This document shows, piece by piece, positions 61,394-64,000 of a stretch of 64,000 nt of DNA. The notes under the pieces were generated by a model, which was not told where the DNA came from, did no database searches, and worked only from the letters and a program-made list of their open reading frames with translations. Numbering within the stretch: the first letter of the stretch is position 1; the number at the start of each line of letters is the position of its first letter. This DNA comes from Rhodospirillales bacterium (GTDB lineage Bacteria; Pseudomonadota; Alphaproteobacteria; Kiloniellales; JAKSDN01). The DNA lies in contig JAOUCL010000001.1 in the NCBI GenBank assembly GCA_029859805.1, positions 1,300 through 65,299 of the forward strand, written 5' to 3'. Both the position numbers and the translations under genes were made by a program.

Positions 61394-62304
61394 TCGCCCC
61401 CCCCGATCGAATAGAGGTCCGCCGGCGTCACGGTCAGGTCGTAGAGCAGCTTGCCGCAGACGACCAGCACCATGAGCGCCAGCAGGATGCGCAGTTGCTC
61501 GCCGCGCAGCTTGGCGCCGACCCTGGCGCCGAACTGGGCACCGATGACGGCGCCAGTCAGCAGAATGATGGCGAGCACCACGTCCACCGTTTGGTTGGCA
61601 TAGGCCTGAAGGAAGGTGACGTTGGCGGTGACGAAGATGATCTGGAACAGCGAGGTGCCGACGACCACCGCGGTCGGCATGCCGAGCAGATAGATCATCG
61701 CCGGCACCATGATGAAGCCGCCGCCCACGCCCATGATCGCCGAGAGCACCCCGACCAGCACGCCCACGCCGCCCGGCAGCAGCGCCGAGATGTACAGCTT
61801 CGACTTGCGGAAGCGCATCTTGAGCGGCAGGCCGTGAATCCAGGTGTGCTTGTGCATCTTGTCGCGCGCCGCCGTGGCGCGACGGCGCCGGCCCAGTGCG
61901 CGCAGGCTCTCGACGAACATCAGGCCGCCGATCACCCCGAGGAAGGTGACGTAGCAGAGCTTGATCACCAGGTCGATCTGGCCGAGCTGCCGCAGGATCG
62001 CAAACAGCCAGACCCCCAAGGTCGAGCCGAACAAGCCGCCGAGCAGCAGGATACCGCCCATCTTGAAGTCGACGTTGCCACGCCGCCAGTGCGCCAACAC
62101 GCCCGAAACGGAGGACGCGACGATCTGGTTGGCCTCGGTGCCGACGGCGACCGGCGGCGGGATGCCGATGAAGATCAGGATGGGGGTCATCAGAAAGCCG
62201 CCGCCCACCCCGAACAGGCCGGAAAGAAAGCCGATCGCTCCGCCCAGGCCCAGCAGCAAGAAGACGTCCACGGAGAGCTCGGCAATGGGCAGGTAGATCT
62301 GCAT
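61390..62304 (-). CDS. TauE/SafE (DUF81) family anion exporter
   Basis: 304 aa with about 8 TM helices and duplicated GxGGG motifs (GLFGVGGGFLMTP; SAIMGVGGGFIMVP). Confidence 0.8.
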   Translation of the reverse strand: MQIYLPIAELSVDVFLLLGLGGAIGFLSGLFGVGGGFLMTPILIFIGIPPPVAVGTEANQIVASSVSGVLAHWRRGNVDFKMGGILLLGGLFGSTLGVWLFAILRQLGQIDLVIKLCYVTFLGVIGGLMFVESLRALGRRRRATAARDKMHKHTWIHGLPLKMRFRKSKLYISALLPGGVGVLVGVLSAIMGVGGGFIMVPAMIYLLGMPTAVVVGTSLFQIIFVTANVTFLQAYANQTVDVVLAIILLTGAVIGAQFGARVGAKLRGEQLRILLALMVLVVCGKLLYDLTVTPADLYSIGGGE

Positions 62305-62498
62305 CGCTCAGTGGATCACTGGGCCGCGGTGTCGGATGTCAGGGTCATGACGGACCGGGGATTGACCGGGATGGAACAAACGAAGCGCCAAGTGCAACGA
62401 GGCCGTACGTCTTGTGGAAGCTTACTGCGCGACAATCGATCCGCCAATGGTCTGGAAGGGACATTCTTGGGTCTTCTTTCAAGAAATCGCCGCAAGGC

Positions 62499-63530
62499 CT
62501 AGCCGGGGCGCAGGAAACCGACGATATCGTGCGTCTCCCTCAGGATCGGCCCCGCGATGGCCCGGGCCCGCTCGACCCCATCCGCCAGCACCCGGTCCAC
62601 CGTAGTCGGGTCGTCCATGAGGCGCTTCATCTCCGCGCCGATGGGGCCGAGCGTGGCGACCGCGAGATCGGTGAACACCGCCTTGAAATGGGAGAATTGG
62701 GCGCCCTCGAATTCCGCCAGCACCCCGGCAAGGGGCTTGTCGGCGAGCGCCGCGTAGATGCCCAGCAGGTTGTAGGCCTCCGGGCGGCCGCGGCGGGTCT
62801 CCTCCGGCAGCTCCTCGTCCGGGCCCAGAACCTCGGGGCCGGGCAGCAGGTCGGGGTCGGTCGTCGCCCTGCGGACCTTCTTCTGGATCGCGTCGGCGCC
62901 GTCGGTCATGTTGATTCGGCTCATGTCGGAGGCCTCCGACTTGCTCATCTTCTTGGCGCCGTCGCGCAGGCTCATGACACGGGTCGCCGCGCCCAGGATC
63001 AAGGGCTCGGTCAGCGGAAAGAACTCGACGCCGAAGTCGTTGTTGAACTTCTGGGCGATGTCGCGGGTCAGCTCCAGGTGCTGCTTCTGGTCCTCGCCAA
63101 CCGGTACGTGGGTCGCCTTGTAGACCAGTATGTCCGCCGCCATGAGATTGGGGTAGACGTAGAGTCCGGCGCTCGCGTTCTCGCGGTGCTTGCCGGCCTT
63201 CTCCTTGAACTGGGTCATGCGGTTCAGCCAGCCGAGCCGCGTCACGCAGTTGAAGATCCAGGCCAGCTCGGCGTGCTCCGGGACCTGGCTCTGGTTGAAA
63301 ATGATGCAGCGTTGCGGATCGATGCCGGCGGCCAGATAGGCGGCGGTCACCTCGCGGGTGGCGCGGCGCAGCTCGCCCGGCTCCTGCCAGGCGGTAATCG
63401 CGTGCAGATCGACGACGCAGTAGATGCAGTCGTACTCGTCCTGCAGGGTGACGAAATTACGGATCGCCCCCAGGTAGTTGCCGAGATGCAGATTGCCGGT
63501 GGGCTGGACGCCCGAGAAGATGCGCTTCAT
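62499..63530 (-). CDS. trpS: Tryptophan-tRNA ligase
   Basis: 343 aa. It starts [22 protein letters not shown] (HIGH-like) and has KMSKS (AKKMSKSE). Confidence 0.96.
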   Translation of the reverse strand: MKRIFSGVQPTGNLHLGNYLGAIRNFVTLQDEYDCIYCVVDLHAITAWQEPGELRRATREVTAAYLAAGIDPQRCIIFNQSQVPEHAELAWIFNCVTRLGWLNRMTQFKEKAGKHRENASAGLYVYPNLMAADILVYKATHVPVGEDQKQHLELTRDIAQKFNNDFGVEFFPLTEPLILGAATRVMSLRDGAKKMSKSEASDMSRINMTDGADAIQKKVRRATTDPDLLPGPEVLGPDEELPEETRRGRPEAYNLLGIYAALADKPLAGVLAEFEGAQFSHFKAVFTDLAVATLGPIGAEMKRLMDDPTTVDRVLADGVERARAIAGPILRETHDIVGFLRPG

Positions 63531-63615
63531 TGCCCCTGTCCGCCGAATTCCGAGCTTGCCGCCGATCGGGCCGCGGCGTTATCGCCGCTCGGCCCCCCAG
63601 GGTCAAGGGGGCCGG

Positions 63616-64000
63616 TCACGGTCGGCGGGAGAGCAGCGCCCTCAGCTCGGCCGGCGCGACCGCGCCAAGAAGCAGGGCGAGCAGACCATAAGACGCCAGT
63701 CCCCCCCCGACCAGGACAACGAGGCCCGCGACGCCGCTCCACAGGCCGTCGTCGAACCAGCCGGCCAAGGGCCGTTGCCCGGCCCAGAGCGCTGCCCCCA
63801 TCAGCAGGCTCGCGATCGCGATGCGCGGCAGGCGGGCCTTGAGGCGGGCGTCGGGCGCGAGGTACGCCCTGCGGTGCAGCAGGATCGCGAGCAACCCGGC
63901 ATTGAGACAAGCAGCGATGGCGGTAGCCAGGGCCAGACCGACTAAGCCGATTTGCCAGAACAGGCCAATGGCAAGCACGACGTTGGCACCCACCGATATC
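63616..64000 (-). CDS. murJ: Lipid II flippase MurJ, C-terminal part (gene continues beyond window end)
   Basis: The C-terminal TM helices (LALATAIAACLNAGLLAILLHRR...ASLLMGAALW) are MviN/MurJ-like. The frame stays open to position 64000. Confidence 0.7.
   Translation of the reverse strand, partial: ISVGANVVLAIGLFWQIGLVGLALATAIAACLNAGLLAILLHRRAYLAPDARLKARLPRIAIASLLMGAALWAGQRPLAGWFDDGLWSGVAGLVVLVGGGLASYGLLALLLGAVAPAELRALLSRRP

Overview
This is a high-GC (about 65%) chromosomal core region of an alphaproteobacterium. The gene content and order suggest Rhodospirillales or a relative, but I cannot confirm that without a database search.

**Gene content**
- The window is densely packed with housekeeping genes, about 65 CDS.
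- The replication cluster rpsT-dnaA-dnaN-recF-gyrB lies on the minus strand.
- Other recognisable blocks:
  - mutM and ubiE-ubiB
  - coaBC-dut-rrf2 and cysK-moeB
  - irr next to fabA-fabB-fabI
  - a long minus-strand translation/RNA block: metK-trmB, rimP-nusA-ylxR-infB-rbfA-truB-rpsO-pnp
  - miaB-phoH-ybeY-corC-lnt
  - fur and mucR, then tsaB-rimI
  - nfuA, trpS and the 3' end of murJ
- ugpB is cut by the left edge of the window.

**What I did not find**
- By eye there is no rRNA, tRNA, CRISPR array, transposase, integrase, phage gene or recognisable defence-system gene.
- I therefore do not claim a clear novel system.

**Most interesting loci**
1. A minus-strand metal/redox run: irr, an ICE-like box, a rubredoxin-less rubrerythrin, a CCG-type Fe-S protein, DUF3501, arsR and a CDF transporter that lacks the C-terminal domain.
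2. A 34-bp perfect palindrome plus a second hairpin carrying four GANTC motifs, in a divergent promoter region at about 57.09-57.20 kb.
3. A cluster of four GANTC motifs with a hairpin in the dnaA-dnaN spacer.
4. A strong intrinsic terminator inside the rimP-nusA-infB leader.
5. A tightly coupled tauE-TIGR02186-usp module of unknown function.

**Caveats**
- Many very long ORFs in the track are antisense or out-of-frame shadow ORFs typical of GC-rich DNA, and I rejected them.
- Start codons were re-chosen where the track ORF carried an implausible N-terminal extension.
- All family assignments come from reading the translations, not from searches.
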